Shown one piece after another: positions 1 through 7,971 of a stretch of 64,000 bases of DNA. The notes below the pieces were generated by a model. That model was not told the origin of the DNA. It searched no databases and was given only the letters and a program-made list of their open reading frames with translations. A program made the position numbers and the translations under genes. This DNA comes from Gemmatimonadales bacterium (lineage in GTDB: Bacteria > Gemmatimonadota > Gemmatimonadetes > Gemmatimonadales > GWC2-71-9): positions 158 through 64,157 of the forward strand of contig JBBQXQ010000003.1 in assembly GCA_038209515.1 (NCBI GenBank). The letters are read 5' to 3'. Each line of letters opens with the position of its first letter. Within the stretch, counting starts at the first letter, position 1.

Positions 1-2274
1 CAGGCGGTAGCCGGAGAGCGGGCGACGCCACACCGCAGACGGGTCCCTCAACGGATCGTCGCGCTGGCGGCGGTGGTGCTGGCGGTGCTCACCGCGACCA
101 TTGGCCTGGCGCGCCGTAGCCCGGGTCCACCGCGGGGCGTCAATCCCCGACATTCCATTCTGGTGCTGCCGTTCGACAACTTGCGGGACGATCGGTCCGT
201 AGAATGGCTCCGCGACGGCAGCGTCAGCATGCTGGGGCTGAACCTGTCGCAGTGGAACGATCTCACCGTCGTCGATCACGAGCGACTCCACGACCTTCTG
301 GCTCAGCACGGCCTCAAGGTCGGAGACGACATCGGACTGGACATGGCACGGCGGCTCGCGCGCGAGGCGGGGGTCTGGACGGTGGTGCTGGGGGACTATA
401 CGCCCGTCGGCGACTCGCTTCACCTGGTGGCGCGGGTGTACGATGTCGCGAGTGGGAAGCGGGTGGACGTTGCCCGCGCCGACGACCGATCCGGGCCCGA
501 CGTGCGGCCGCTCTTCGACCAGCTTGCGGCCAAGCTGCTCGATCTTTCCGGTGCTCCCAACGAGATCCGAATCGGGTTGGCCCGATCGACCACCAACTCA
601 CTCGAGGCGTTCCGAGCGTACCTGAGGGGTGTGGAACAACTCAATCGCTGGGACCTAGTAGGCGCCGAGCGGGACTTCCAGCGAGCGATCGCCATGGATA
701 CAACCTTCGGCCTGGCATACTACAAGCTCGCTCTTACCCGAGGGTGGATGATAGGGACGGAAGACTCGGTTTCCGATCGACTCATGCTCCGCGCCACGAC
801 GTATTCGGCCAACCTACCCGCTCGCGAGCGCATGGTGATCAATGCGTACCGAGCGTTTATCGGAGACCAGTATGAGGAGGCGCGGTCCCTCTATAATCAG
901 CTGATTGCTCGGGACAAAGGCGATGCCGATGCCTGGTACGGTCTGGGTGAGGCCTGGTTCCACGATACAGCAGGGGTCAACGAGGCGCCCTTCTGGACCG
1001 AGTCGTTGCGGGCCTTCAAGCGCACCTTGGCACTCGATCCCACCTACGCCCTCGCGTACGACCACGTTCATTTTATGCTGAGTCTGGCTGCCGCAAACCA
1101 TCCCGTCTACGCCCTTCTCCCCGGCGATTCCTTTGCGGTCACCCGTACGTCCACCGGTCGAGCGCTGTTGGACACCGTCACGGTCCGAGCCGCGGTACAG
1201 CGTGCCCGTTCGGAAGCACTTTCCACGGCGCGAACATGGGTCTCAACCCAGCCCACGACACTCCGGGCACATGGCGCCATGGTGAACGCCTACGTCTCCG
1301 CCGGAAACTACAGCGGGGCCCTATCAGAGCTGAACCGGTTCCGGCTGGCCACGCCGCTGCACCCCGAGCTGCCGTTTGTGGAAGCTCGGGTGCGCTTTGC
1401 CTCGGGCGATATAGACCGTGCGGCGGCACAGCTGCGTATCGCCCTCGATTCGGTGGCATCGAAGGATTTCCGGCTGTACCAGGGCACTCCGACCGTCGTA
1501 AGCGACATCGCCGCGGCCGCTAATGTGTTTGCCTATCAAGGCGACCTGACTAATGCGGCAAAGACGCTCGACTTGGCCGACCAGGTTCGGCGGGAGGTCA
1601 TTTCCCACCCCGAGTGGACGGGGTCACAGGGTGAGGGTTGGAGACGCGCGATGCTAGGCGAGCTCTACGCGGCTGCCGGGGGTCCCGCCTCTGCACTGCG
1701 AGAGATCTGGCAAGGAGCTGCGGAGGCGGCGCGAATGGCACCCACGGAGCAGCGCAAGCATATAGCCCACACCGGCGCGAGCGCTGCGATCGGCCTCTTC
1801 ACCGGCCTTGCTGCCGACACTACGGCGCTGCACGAGCTGCAGGTCATCTCGGGGGAGCCAGCCGCCAAGGAGGTTCGGGCGCTCCTGGCGGTGAGCCGGG
1901 GGGATTCGGCCGTTGCCCGGCGGACGCTTGCCGAGCCCGAATCCACGACGTACGGCAAGCATATGTACCGCGTTCTCACCGAGCCTTTGGCGGCCCAGGC
2001 TTACTACCTGCTGGGTGACTATGAGACCACCATCAGGGTCCTGGAGGGCTACCAGCCTTCCGCCCTCCAGACCGGAGGTTTCGACTCTGGATGGGGGATG
2101 CTCGGCCGAGTCAGGCTGCTGCGCGGGGCAGCCTACGAGCGGCTGGGCCGCCGATCTGAAGCCGGAGAGCAGTACCGCCAGGTCCTCGCTCAATGGAAAA
2201 AGGCGGATGCTGCGCTGCTGCCCTTCGTCCAGCAAGCCCAGCAGGGCCTGGCCCGGGTGGGGCATGCGGGGTAG
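1..2274 (+). CDS. TPR-repeat protein with an N-terminal TM helix. It is probably 5'-partial and may be the C-terminal part of a larger kinase-type protein.
   Basis: Frame 1 is open from base 1 to the stop at 2272-2274; the track start is a GTG at 73. A hydrophobic segment RIVALAAVVLAVLTATIGLA is followed by an ILVLPFDNL... module and many TPR-like helical repeats (AWYGLGEAW, ALDPTYALAY). Confidence 0.6.
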   Translation, partial: QAVAGERATPHRRRVPQRIVALAAVVLAVLTATIGLARRSPGPPRGVNPRHSILVLPFDNLRDDRSVEWLRDGSVSMLGLNLSQWNDLTVVDHERLHDLLAQHGLKVGDDIGLDMARRLAREAGVWTVVLGDYTPVGDSLHLVARVYDVASGKRVDVARADDRSGPDVRPLFDQLAAKLLDLSGAPNEIRIGLARSTTNSLEAFRAYLRGVEQLNRWDLVGAERDFQRAIAMDTTFGLAYYKLALTRGWMIGTEDSVSDRLMLRATTYSANLPARERMVINAYRAFIGDQYEEARSLYNQLIARDKGDADAWYGLGEAWFHDTAGVNEAPFWTESLRAFKRTLALDPTYALAYDHVHFMLSLAAANHPVYALLPGDSFAVTRTSTGRALLDTVTVRAAVQRARSEALSTARTWVSTQPTTLRAHGAMVNAYVSAGNYSGALSELNRFRLATPLHPELPFVEARVRFASGDIDRAAAQLRIALDSVASKDFRLYQGTPTVVSDIAAAANVFAYQGDLTNAAKTLDLADQVRREVISHPEWTGSQGEGWRRAMLGELYAAAGGPASALREIWQGAAEAARMAPTEQRKHIAHTGASAAIGLFTGLAADTTALHELQVISGEPAAKEVRALLAVSRGDSAVARRTLAEPESTTYGKHMYRVLTEPLAAQAYYLLGDYETTIRVLEGYQPSALQTGGFDSGWGMLGRVRLLRGAAYERLGRRSEAGEQYRQVLAQWKKADAALLPFVQQAQQGLARVGHAG

Positions 2275-2290
2275 GAAAGCTAAGAGCTAC

Positions 2291-2345
2291 CAGCCTTTAG
2301 CTAATAGCTAATGGCTGGCAGCCGATAGCTAACAGCCAATAGCTT
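2291..2345. repeat. Array of four 13-nt CAGCC-NWT-AGCTW motifs (three direct, one inverted) immediately upstream of rnpB
   Basis: The copies are cagcctttagcta at 2291-2303 (+), cagccattagcta at 2305-2317 (read on the minus strand), cagccgatagcta at 2319-2331 (+) and cagccaatagctt at 2333-2345 (+). They sit in a 14-nt register. Copies 1 and 2 form the hairpin CCAGCC(2290-2295)/GGCTGG(2313-2318). Confidence 0.7.
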
Positions 2346-2358
2346 TGTTATCTTACAC

Positions 2359-2745
2359 CCACTGGTCACGCGTGATGATCGCGGGCGCCGCAAGGTGTCC
2401 GAGGAAAGTCCGAGCTCCATCGGGTAGACTGCCAGGTAACGCCTGGGCGCCGCAAGGCGACGGACAGGGCCACAGAAAAAAGACCGCCCGGAGGCCCGGC
2501 AGAAATGGCCGGGAAGAAGGGTAAGGGTGAAACGGTGGGGTAAGAGCCCACCGCGTCACTGGCAACAGTGGCGGCACGGTAACCCCCAGTCGGAGCAAGG
2601 CCAAATAGGCGGCGAGGTGTGACCCACACCGATCAGTGAAGAACCGCGGGTAGGCTGCTAGAGGTGGCCGGCGACGGCCATCCCAGACAGATGATCATCT
2701 CCCCTTCTGGGGGAAACAGAACTCGGCTTACGGCTGACCAGCGGC
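2359..2745 (+). ncRNA. rnpB: RNase P RNA, bacterial type A
   Basis: The universal elements are read directly: GAGGAAAGTCCGAGCTCC, ACAGAAAAAAGACCGCC, GGGTAAGGGTGAAACGGTGGGGTAAGAGCCCACCG, GGAGCAAGGCCAAATAGG, GGGTAGGCTGCT and ACAGAACTCGGCTTAC. The 5' CTGGTCA pairs with the 3' TGACCAG (P1). The ends are accurate to about 5 nt. Confidence 0.92.
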
Positions 2746-2747
2746 GG

Positions 2748-2782
2748 CCCTCCGGACTCAGGTTCGGGGGGCTGTTGGTTTT
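2748..2782 (+). terminator. Candidate intrinsic terminator after rnpB
   Basis: A hairpin CCCTCCG-gactcaggtt-CGGGGGG is followed by the T-rich tract ctgttggtttt. Confidence 0.45.
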
Positions 2783-2835
2783 GGGCCTCACAGCCGGTTA
2801 CCTTTTTGGCCTCGGACCTCCAGAAGGGGATACAG

Positions 2836-3621
2836 ATGCTCTTACCGGCCACTCGTTACACCGTCGTTGCTGCCGCTGCGCTCGTCCTTCCGCTGCTGGG
2901 TCGGGCGCCGACCACCACCAAATACCGGATCGACCAGTCATTGTCACAGGAAATGGACGCGACGCCGGCCGGCGGCCCCAGGCAGAAGATTGCCTTTACC
3001 ACTTCCAGCTTCGTCACCGTGAGGCTGGCTGACAGCGCCGGCGGCAAGGTCATGCGGGTCGTGGTTGATTCGCTCCGCGGCGACAGCGCGGTGCCGATCC
3101 CTGCCGCCGTGCTCGACAGCGCCCGGGGAGCGGAGTTTCACGGATTCGTGGCGAAGTCGGGGAAGCCGTCCGGACTGCAACCGGTGCGGCCCAACCCGGC
3201 CGCCGTGCAGATCCAGGGGCTACTCAGCGACTTTTTTCCGTGGATCAAGGCTGGACTGAAGGTGGGTGACAGTTGGTCGGATACCACGGCAAAGACCGAC
3301 GCGACCGGTAGCGACAGCGTGACCGTCCGGCGGGTGAGCGCGTACAAGGCGGCCGCATCGGCAACGTGGAACGCACGCAAGGCCGTGCGGATCACTGAGG
3401 ATTTCACCTCATCGGTGGCCGGGACCCAGCCGACGCCGAGTGGGTCGGCGCGCATCGAGGGCACGGGGAGTGGAAAAGGCTCCTACTACGTAAGCCCGGA
3501 CGGCCGTTATCTTGGCGGCGATTGGCAACAGCAATCCTCGCTTTCGATATCCGGCTCCTTTGCCAAGCAGCCGCTCCCCATCACGATCGTGCAAAAGACC
3601 AAAGTGATCGCACTCAAGTGA
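2836..3621 (+). CDS. Secreted hypothetical protein (paralog of the next gene)
   Basis: ORF-track frame 2806..3621, with the start moved to ATG 2836 (MLLPATRYTVVAAAALVLPLLG is signal-like, and a purine-rich gaagggga lies upstream). It shares blocks with the downstream protein (VVDSLRGDSAVPIP vs IVLDSIQAAVGGVP; KVGDSWSDTT vs KAGMEWTDTT). Confidence 0.6.
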   Translation: MLLPATRYTVVAAAALVLPLLGRAPTTTKYRIDQSLSQEMDATPAGGPRQKIAFTTSSFVTVRLADSAGGKVMRVVVDSLRGDSAVPIPAAVLDSARGAEFHGFVAKSGKPSGLQPVRPNPAAVQIQGLLSDFFPWIKAGLKVGDSWSDTTAKTDATGSDSVTVRRVSAYKAAASATWNARKAVRITEDFTSSVAGTQPTPSGSARIEGTGSGKGSYYVSPDGRYLGGDWQQQSSLSISGSFAKQPLPITIVQKTKVIALK

Positions 3622-3634
3622 TCGGGCGAATCGC

Positions 3635-4516
3635 GTGAGGCGGGCTCTTCAGATCCTGGCCAGTGTCGCGCTGGCGGGATGTGGGTCGGCCACGTCCACC
3701 ACCGGCGGACCGAACGGACCCACGCCCCAGCCGGGTCCCTCGAATCCCGGCGTGCCGGCTCCCGCTGGCGGTGGAATCATCTACGGCGCGGTGCGCGATG
3801 CCGGGTATGTGCTCGAGCGCCACGACAGCCTGACGATTCAGCTCCCCGGGGGCGCCAGCCAGCAGCAGCTCATCGACCGAACCGCGTATCTCCGCGTCGC
3901 GATTGCGCCCGATACGGCCGGTTACGTCGCCACCATCGTTCTCGATTCGATTCAGGCTGCGGTCGGCGGAGTGCCCGCGGTGCCGGACTCGGTCATTCCG
4001 GCCCGGGGCACGCGGTGGACGGCATCCCTCACACGTGAAGGAAGGCTTTCCGCGCTGAAAGCCGACCGATCTACGACCCTGGGGGACCAACTCGGAAGCA
4101 ACCTCCGGAGCCTCTTCCCCAGCCTCCCCGCCGACGGCGTGAAGGCGGGCATGGAGTGGACCGACACGACCGAGGTTCCCATCAGGGCCGATGCCTTCGA
4201 CGCGACCGAGCGGTCTCTCACCAATTACCGAGCGACCGAGAGCGATGATCCCCGGGCCAAGAAGGCGATCAAGTTGGAGAGTACAGGATCGTATCAAAGG
4301 AGGGGTAAAGGAACCCAATACGATCAGCAGCTGGAGATGACCGCTTCAGGCACCCGTTCGGCGGTCCACTACATGAATCCCGATGGTACGCTCGCTTCGG
4401 CCCGCGGCTCGGACGCCGGCGACCTCACCATCACCATCCCGGCAGTCGGTCAGACCGTACCGGTGAAGCAGGCCGGGACGTTCTCAATCATCTTGCTACG
4501 GCCCCCCAAGCGTTAG
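3635..4516 (+). CDS. Lipoprotein, hypothetical (paralog of 2836..3621)
   Basis: It has a signal peptide with the lipobox LAGC (MRRALQILASVALAGCGS), starts 13 nt after the previous stop, and has the same block order as the upstream paralog. Confidence 0.65.
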   Translation: MRRALQILASVALAGCGSATSTTGGPNGPTPQPGPSNPGVPAPAGGGIIYGAVRDAGYVLERHDSLTIQLPGGASQQQLIDRTAYLRVAIAPDTAGYVATIVLDSIQAAVGGVPAVPDSVIPARGTRWTASLTREGRLSALKADRSTTLGDQLGSNLRSLFPSLPADGVKAGMEWTDTTEVPIRADAFDATERSLTNYRATESDDPRAKKAIKLESTGSYQRRGKGTQYDQQLEMTASGTRSAVHYMNPDGTLASARGSDAGDLTITIPAVGQTVPVKQAGTFSIILLRPPKR

Positions 4517-4539
4517 CTCCGCTCGTCAGCAGCTCTCCA

Positions 4540-4971
4540 TCAGAAGACGTCGTTTGAATCGCGGCCGAGCTCCTGGACGCTCCTGACGGGGTTCTCAGCG
4601 GGCGCGGGCGTGGGCGCATCGGTCTGGCGAAGGCGCTCGATCCGGTCGACCGCCCCGACCTTGATCCGGCTGAGTGTGCCCCCGAGAAGCTTGCGTGTGG
4701 CGGGCCCACTCTCGGGTGTGAGCAGAGCGGTGAGGCCGGCACCGACCAGGAATCCCGCCAGTGCGACGATCTGTGTTTCCCGGCGTCCCCGCCCCCCCCT
4801 CTGCCGGGCTCGAGACCCTGCGTCCGGAGCCAACAGCAGCGCGGCACCGGCTCCTGCCGCAGCAGCCAGTACCGCGAGCGTCACGAATCCGCCCCGCTCA
4901 CGGCGTAGCGTGGGCTCGGTCGATTTCATCGTCTCGTTGGCCGGCATCGTACGTCCTCCGTTCCGATTCAA
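4540..4971 (-). CDS. Small membrane protein, YtxH-like (tentative)
   Basis: The 143-aa ORF has two hydrophobic helices (FVTLAVLAAAAGAGAALLLAP, IVALAGFLVGAGLTALL) and a charged C-terminus. It overlaps the dnaN stop by 4 nt. Confidence 0.45.
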   Translation of the reverse strand: MNRNGGRTMPANETMKSTEPTLRRERGGFVTLAVLAAAAGAGAALLLAPDAGSRARQRGGRGRRETQIVALAGFLVGAGLTALLTPESGPATRKLLGGTLSRIKVGAVDRIERLRQTDAPTPAPAENPVRSVQELGRDSNDVF

Positions 4972-6083
4972 TCTACCAACCGAAGCGGCATCACCAGGGC
5001 GAGATAGCTGGCCGGGTCGTCCCAGCCCACCGGCTCGCAGGTGGCGGCACGCTCGGGCGCCTTGAACGTCATCCGCACCTCATCGGTTGGTATGTACTTC
5101 AGGATCTCGAGGAGGTAGGCGGCGTTGAATCCGATCTCGAGAGGATCGCCCTCGTAGCTGACATTGAGCTCTTCCTGCGCCTCGCCGAGATCGGGGGTCT
5201 GAACCGAGAGCTTGCAGGAGCCGTTCGCGAAGGCCATCCGGATCCGGTGGGTCTGATCGCTGGCGACGATGCTCATCCGGCGGAGCGCGGCGGTGAGTGC
5301 GGCCTTGTCGGCGGTGGCGGCCTTGTCGTTCTCCCGGGGGATGACCTGTTCGTAATTGGGGTACGGTCCCTCGATCAGCCGGGTAAAGATCTGGGTCGAG
5401 CTGGTGCGGAAGCCTAGATGGTTCTCGCTTCGCGCGATCTCCACGGTCTCATCAGTGTCGAAGAGCCGCCGGATCAGGTCCAGAGCCTTGGGTGGGACGA
5501 TCAAATCGGCCTGTGAGGCTCCCTGGGTCTCCGAGGTGGGCACGTCCATCCGCGCCAGCCGGTGCCCGTTCGTTGCGACCATGCGCATCCGCTCGGGCCT
5601 GAGCTCCCATAGGACACCGTTGAGAATGGGCCGGCTCTCCTCGGTGCTGGCGGCAAAGGCAACGTGGCCGATGAGCTTCTGGAGCTCTTTGGATGAGGTT
5701 CTCCAGCCACCTTCGAACTTGACGCTGGGGAACGCCGGAAACTCTTCCCGAGGGAGGCCGAGCAGCCGGAACCTGGACCGGCCGCACTCGATGGTGACTC
5801 GCTGCTCGCCTGAGGCGGTCAGCCGGATGGCGGCGCTCGGCAACTCGCGCACGATTTCGACCAGCTTGCGTGCGGGAAGGGTGATGGCGCCTTCCTGATC
5901 GACCGAAGCGTTCACGGTGGTGCTGACTGCTATGTCGAGATCAGTCCCCGACAGACGGATGCCGTCTTTCGTCGCCTCGAGCAGGATGTTCGAGAGGATC
6001 GGCAGCGTCGTCTTGGCGGGGATACTGGCAGCCACCGCCACGAGACCTTCCTGGAGCTGCTCTCGGGTGATTGTGAGCTTCAT
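4968..6083 (-). CDS. dnaN: DNA polymerase III beta sliding clamp
   Basis: The protein from MKLTITREQLQEGL... to ...LVMPLRLVD is about 371 aa with typical clamp organisation, directly downstream of dnaA. The start is set to ATG 6083 because the 29 upstream codons of the track ORF are encoded by AT-rich origin-like DNA. Confidence 0.9.
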   Translation of the reverse strand: MKLTITREQLQEGLVAVAASIPAKTTLPILSNILLEATKDGIRLSGTDLDIAVSTTVNASVDQEGAITLPARKLVEIVRELPSAAIRLTASGEQRVTIECGRSRFRLLGLPREEFPAFPSVKFEGGWRTSSKELQKLIGHVAFAASTEESRPILNGVLWELRPERMRMVATNGHRLARMDVPTSETQGASQADLIVPPKALDLIRRLFDTDETVEIARSENHLGFRTSSTQIFTRLIEGPYPNYEQVIPRENDKAATADKAALTAALRRMSIVASDQTHRIRMAFANGSCKLSVQTPDLGEAQEELNVSYEGDPLEIGFNAAYLLEILKYIPTDEVRMTFKAPERAATCEPVGWDDPASYLALVMPLRLVD

Positions 6084-6303
6084 GCCGGTGCTATCATCAG
6101 AGACTACTCTTCCATTTAAATAATATAGTAGCAGCAGTAGAGAGTCTGGAAATGTTGAGCGGCGCTCCAACTGAATCCGCTCATGGGCACTTACGCGCTT
6201 AAACCTCTGTCGACACCGTGTGTGCTATGGGGACGGCGCTCCTGAATTGCTCCCGCTGTCCACTGCTATCCAGAGTTCCCACATCCCGTCGCTTGCGCGG
6301 GGA
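6084..6303. other. Candidate oriC module in the dnaA-dnaN spacer (AT-rich unwinding tract, TAG/CAG trinucleotide run, DnaA-box-like 9-mers)
   Basis: The AT-rich tract tccatttaaataatatagta lies at 6111-6130 in an otherwise GC-rich genome. The trinucleotide run TAGTAGCAGCAGTAG lies at 6126-6140. Three tandem box-like 9-mers are CTGTCCACT (6256-6264), CTATCCAGA (6266-6274) and GTTCCCACA (6275-6283), matching TTATCCACA at 6-7 of 9 positions. Confidence 0.5.
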
Positions 6304-7686
6304 TTATTCTGCGCACAACTCCTGGCGCGCGTGCTCGACTCGCTCGCGGAACCCGCGATCGCGCGACATCTGCCGGCTCACCTTATCGACGCTGTGAATC
6401 ACGGTCGAGTGATCGCGCCCGCCGAATGCCTGCCCAATCTCGACCAGCTGCATCTCGAGCAGCTCGCGGGCGAGATACATCGCGATCTGGCGCGGCACCG
6501 TGAGCGTCTTGATCCGCGCCTTCGAGCGGAGGCCCTCGGGTGTGACCCCCCACCGTCTGGCCACGACCTCCTGAACCTTGTTGATCGAGGGAAGCGCCTT
6601 GGGGGCCGCCAGTCCGTCCTCGCCCGGGCGAATCTTGTCGGAGAGCGCCTCCCGGGCCAGCTCGATCGAGACCTCCTTATGCTTCAAGGAGGCGAACAGC
6701 AACAACTTAATGATACAGCCCTCAAGCTCGCGCACGTTCGACCGCACGTGCTCGGCGATAAACCGCAGCACGTCGTCCGGGATGGTGAGCTCCAGGTGAT
6801 CCTGCTCCTGCTTCTTTCGGAGGATCGCAATCCGGTGCTCGAGGTCGGGCTGCCCGATATCGGCGACCATGCCCCACTCGAACCGGCTGACCAGACGTGC
6901 CTCGAGACCGGGCAGCTCCTTGGGAGGCCGGTCCGAGGTGAGGACGATCTGCTTGTTGCCCTCGTAGAGCGCGTTGAAGGTGTGAAAGAACTCTTCCTGG
7001 GTCATTTCCTTGCCTTCGAGGAAATGCACGTCGTCCACCAGGAAGAGATCAACGTCCGATCGATAGCGACGGCGAAACTCCGGCATGGTCCGGCTGTGGA
7101 TGCTCTCGATCACCTCGTTGATGAACTGCTCGGCCCCCACGTAGAGCACCCGAGTGTCGGGGTGCCGCTCGACCACGGTATGGGCGATCGCCTGCATCAA
7201 GTGGGTCTTGCCCAACCCGGTGGCGCCGTAGATGAAGAGCGGGTTGTAGGTCTTGCCGGGGGATTCGGCAGCGGCATGGGCCGCGGCCGCGGCCAGCTCG
7301 TTGGACTTGCCGATGACGAACGTGTCGAAGGTGTATCGCTCGTTGAGGGGCTGGGTGCTTGGGTTGATCTGCACCCCGACGACTGCCGGGGTCGACGGGG
7401 CCACGAAGAAGTCCATCTGCGGGCGCTTCTGGCGATCCTCGTTGACCCGGAACACGATCGACGTCGGCTGGCCCAGCACGGGCTCGGCGAGCCGCGAGAG
7501 GAGCGTCGCATGCTTCGTCTCGTTCCACTCGACCGCGAACTGATCCGGCGCGCCGATGATGAGACGACCCTCATCGAGGGCGATAGCCTCGGTGGGCTCG
7601 AGCCACGTTCGAATCGTGTGGTCGGGAAGTTCGCGATGCGCCTCGTCGAGAATGCGCTTCCAAGCGTCTTTAGCGGACAGCTGCAT
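6304..7686 (-). CDS. dnaA: Chromosomal replication initiator protein DnaA
   Basis: Walker A GATGLGKTHL, Walker B DLFLVDDVHF, and the C-terminal DNA-binding signature GGRDHSTVIHS are present. The start is set to ATG 7686 (MQLSAKDAWKRIL); the track start at 7755 would add 23 atypical residues. Confidence 0.92.
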   Translation of the reverse strand: MQLSAKDAWKRILDEAHRELPDHTIRTWLEPTEAIALDEGRLIIGAPDQFAVEWNETKHATLLSRLAEPVLGQPTSIVFRVNEDRQKRPQMDFFVAPSTPAVVGVQINPSTQPLNERYTFDTFVIGKSNELAAAAAHAAAESPGKTYNPLFIYGATGLGKTHLMQAIAHTVVERHPDTRVLYVGAEQFINEVIESIHSRTMPEFRRRYRSDVDLFLVDDVHFLEGKEMTQEEFFHTFNALYEGNKQIVLTSDRPPKELPGLEARLVSRFEWGMVADIGQPDLEHRIAILRKKQEQDHLELTIPDDVLRFIAEHVRSNVRELEGCIIKLLLFASLKHKEVSIELAREALSDKIRPGEDGLAAPKALPSINKVQEVVARRWGVTPEGLRSKARIKTLTVPRQIAMYLARELLEMQLVEIGQAFGGRDHSTVIHSVDKVSRQMSRDRGFRERVEHARQELCAE

Positions 7687-7726
7687 CGGTACTCGAAAAC
7701 GGAAGGAATTTTTTCTAGGGCGAGAG

Positions 7727-7755
7727 ATGTTACGGGCGGGGTGTTGAAAAGTCAA
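7727..7755 (-). promoter_or_regulatory. Candidate sigma-70 type promoter of dnaA
   Basis: On the minus strand, TTGACT (7755-7750) is separated by 17 nt from TAACAT (7732-7727), about 40 nt upstream of the dnaA ATG. Confidence 0.4.
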
Positions 7756-7778
7756 TCGGGGCTTGACAAGAGAAAAAT

Positions 7779-7902
7779 GACGGAGAGGACGGAGAAGCCG
7801 GAGAGGTGATCGCAGCCAGGAATCCCTTGTCGCCTTTTCGCGAGTCTCCCCGCTCGCTCCTCTGACTTTTCCTCTCTCCGTCCTCTCCGCCTTCTCCGCC
7901 CC
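7779..7902 (+). repeat. Palindromic element, copy 1: a purine arm of 9-nt GRCGGAGAR units, a 64-nt spacer, and a complementary pyrimidine arm
   Basis: Arm A is GACGGAGAG GACGGAGAA GCCGGAGAG G at 7779-7806. Arm B is cctctctccgtcctctccgccttctccgcccc at 7871-7902. Positions 7874-7900 are the exact reverse complement of 28769-28795 (27 nt). Confidence 0.75.
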
Positions 7903-7913
7903 TTACCCTCAAC

Positions 7914-7943
7914 TTGACCCCGTCCCTCTCCTCCGGCTAACTT
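7914..7943 (+). promoter_or_regulatory. Candidate sigma-70 type promoter of rpmH-rnpA-yidD-yidC
   Basis: TTGACC (7914-7919) is separated by 18 nt from TAACTT (7938-7943). A GGAGG sequence at 7958-7962 precedes the ATG at 7972. Confidence 0.4.
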
Positions 7944-7971
7944 CCCCGGCTCACTTTGGAGGATTCCCCGG

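Noticed and set aside
6084-6170. The 29-codon extension of dnaN (MERRSTFPDSLLLLLYYLNG...)
   Set aside because: It is encoded by the AT-rich origin-like tract. DnaN proteins begin MK(L/F)TI, as at ATG 6083.
6220-7809. A 529-aa plus-strand ORF covering the dnaA region
   Set aside because: It is exactly antisense to the well-supported dnaA gene. Its composition is Arg/Leu/Gly/Pro-rich with no recognisable motifs, which is typical of a GC-driven shadow ORF.
7777-7809. A 10-codon sORF (MTERTEKPER) at the start of repeat copy 1, and the 60-aa minus-strand ORF 7730..7912
   Set aside because: Both are made of the repeat arms themselves and overlap the candidate dnaA promoter. There is no independent coding evidence, and the equivalent frame in copy 2 is different.
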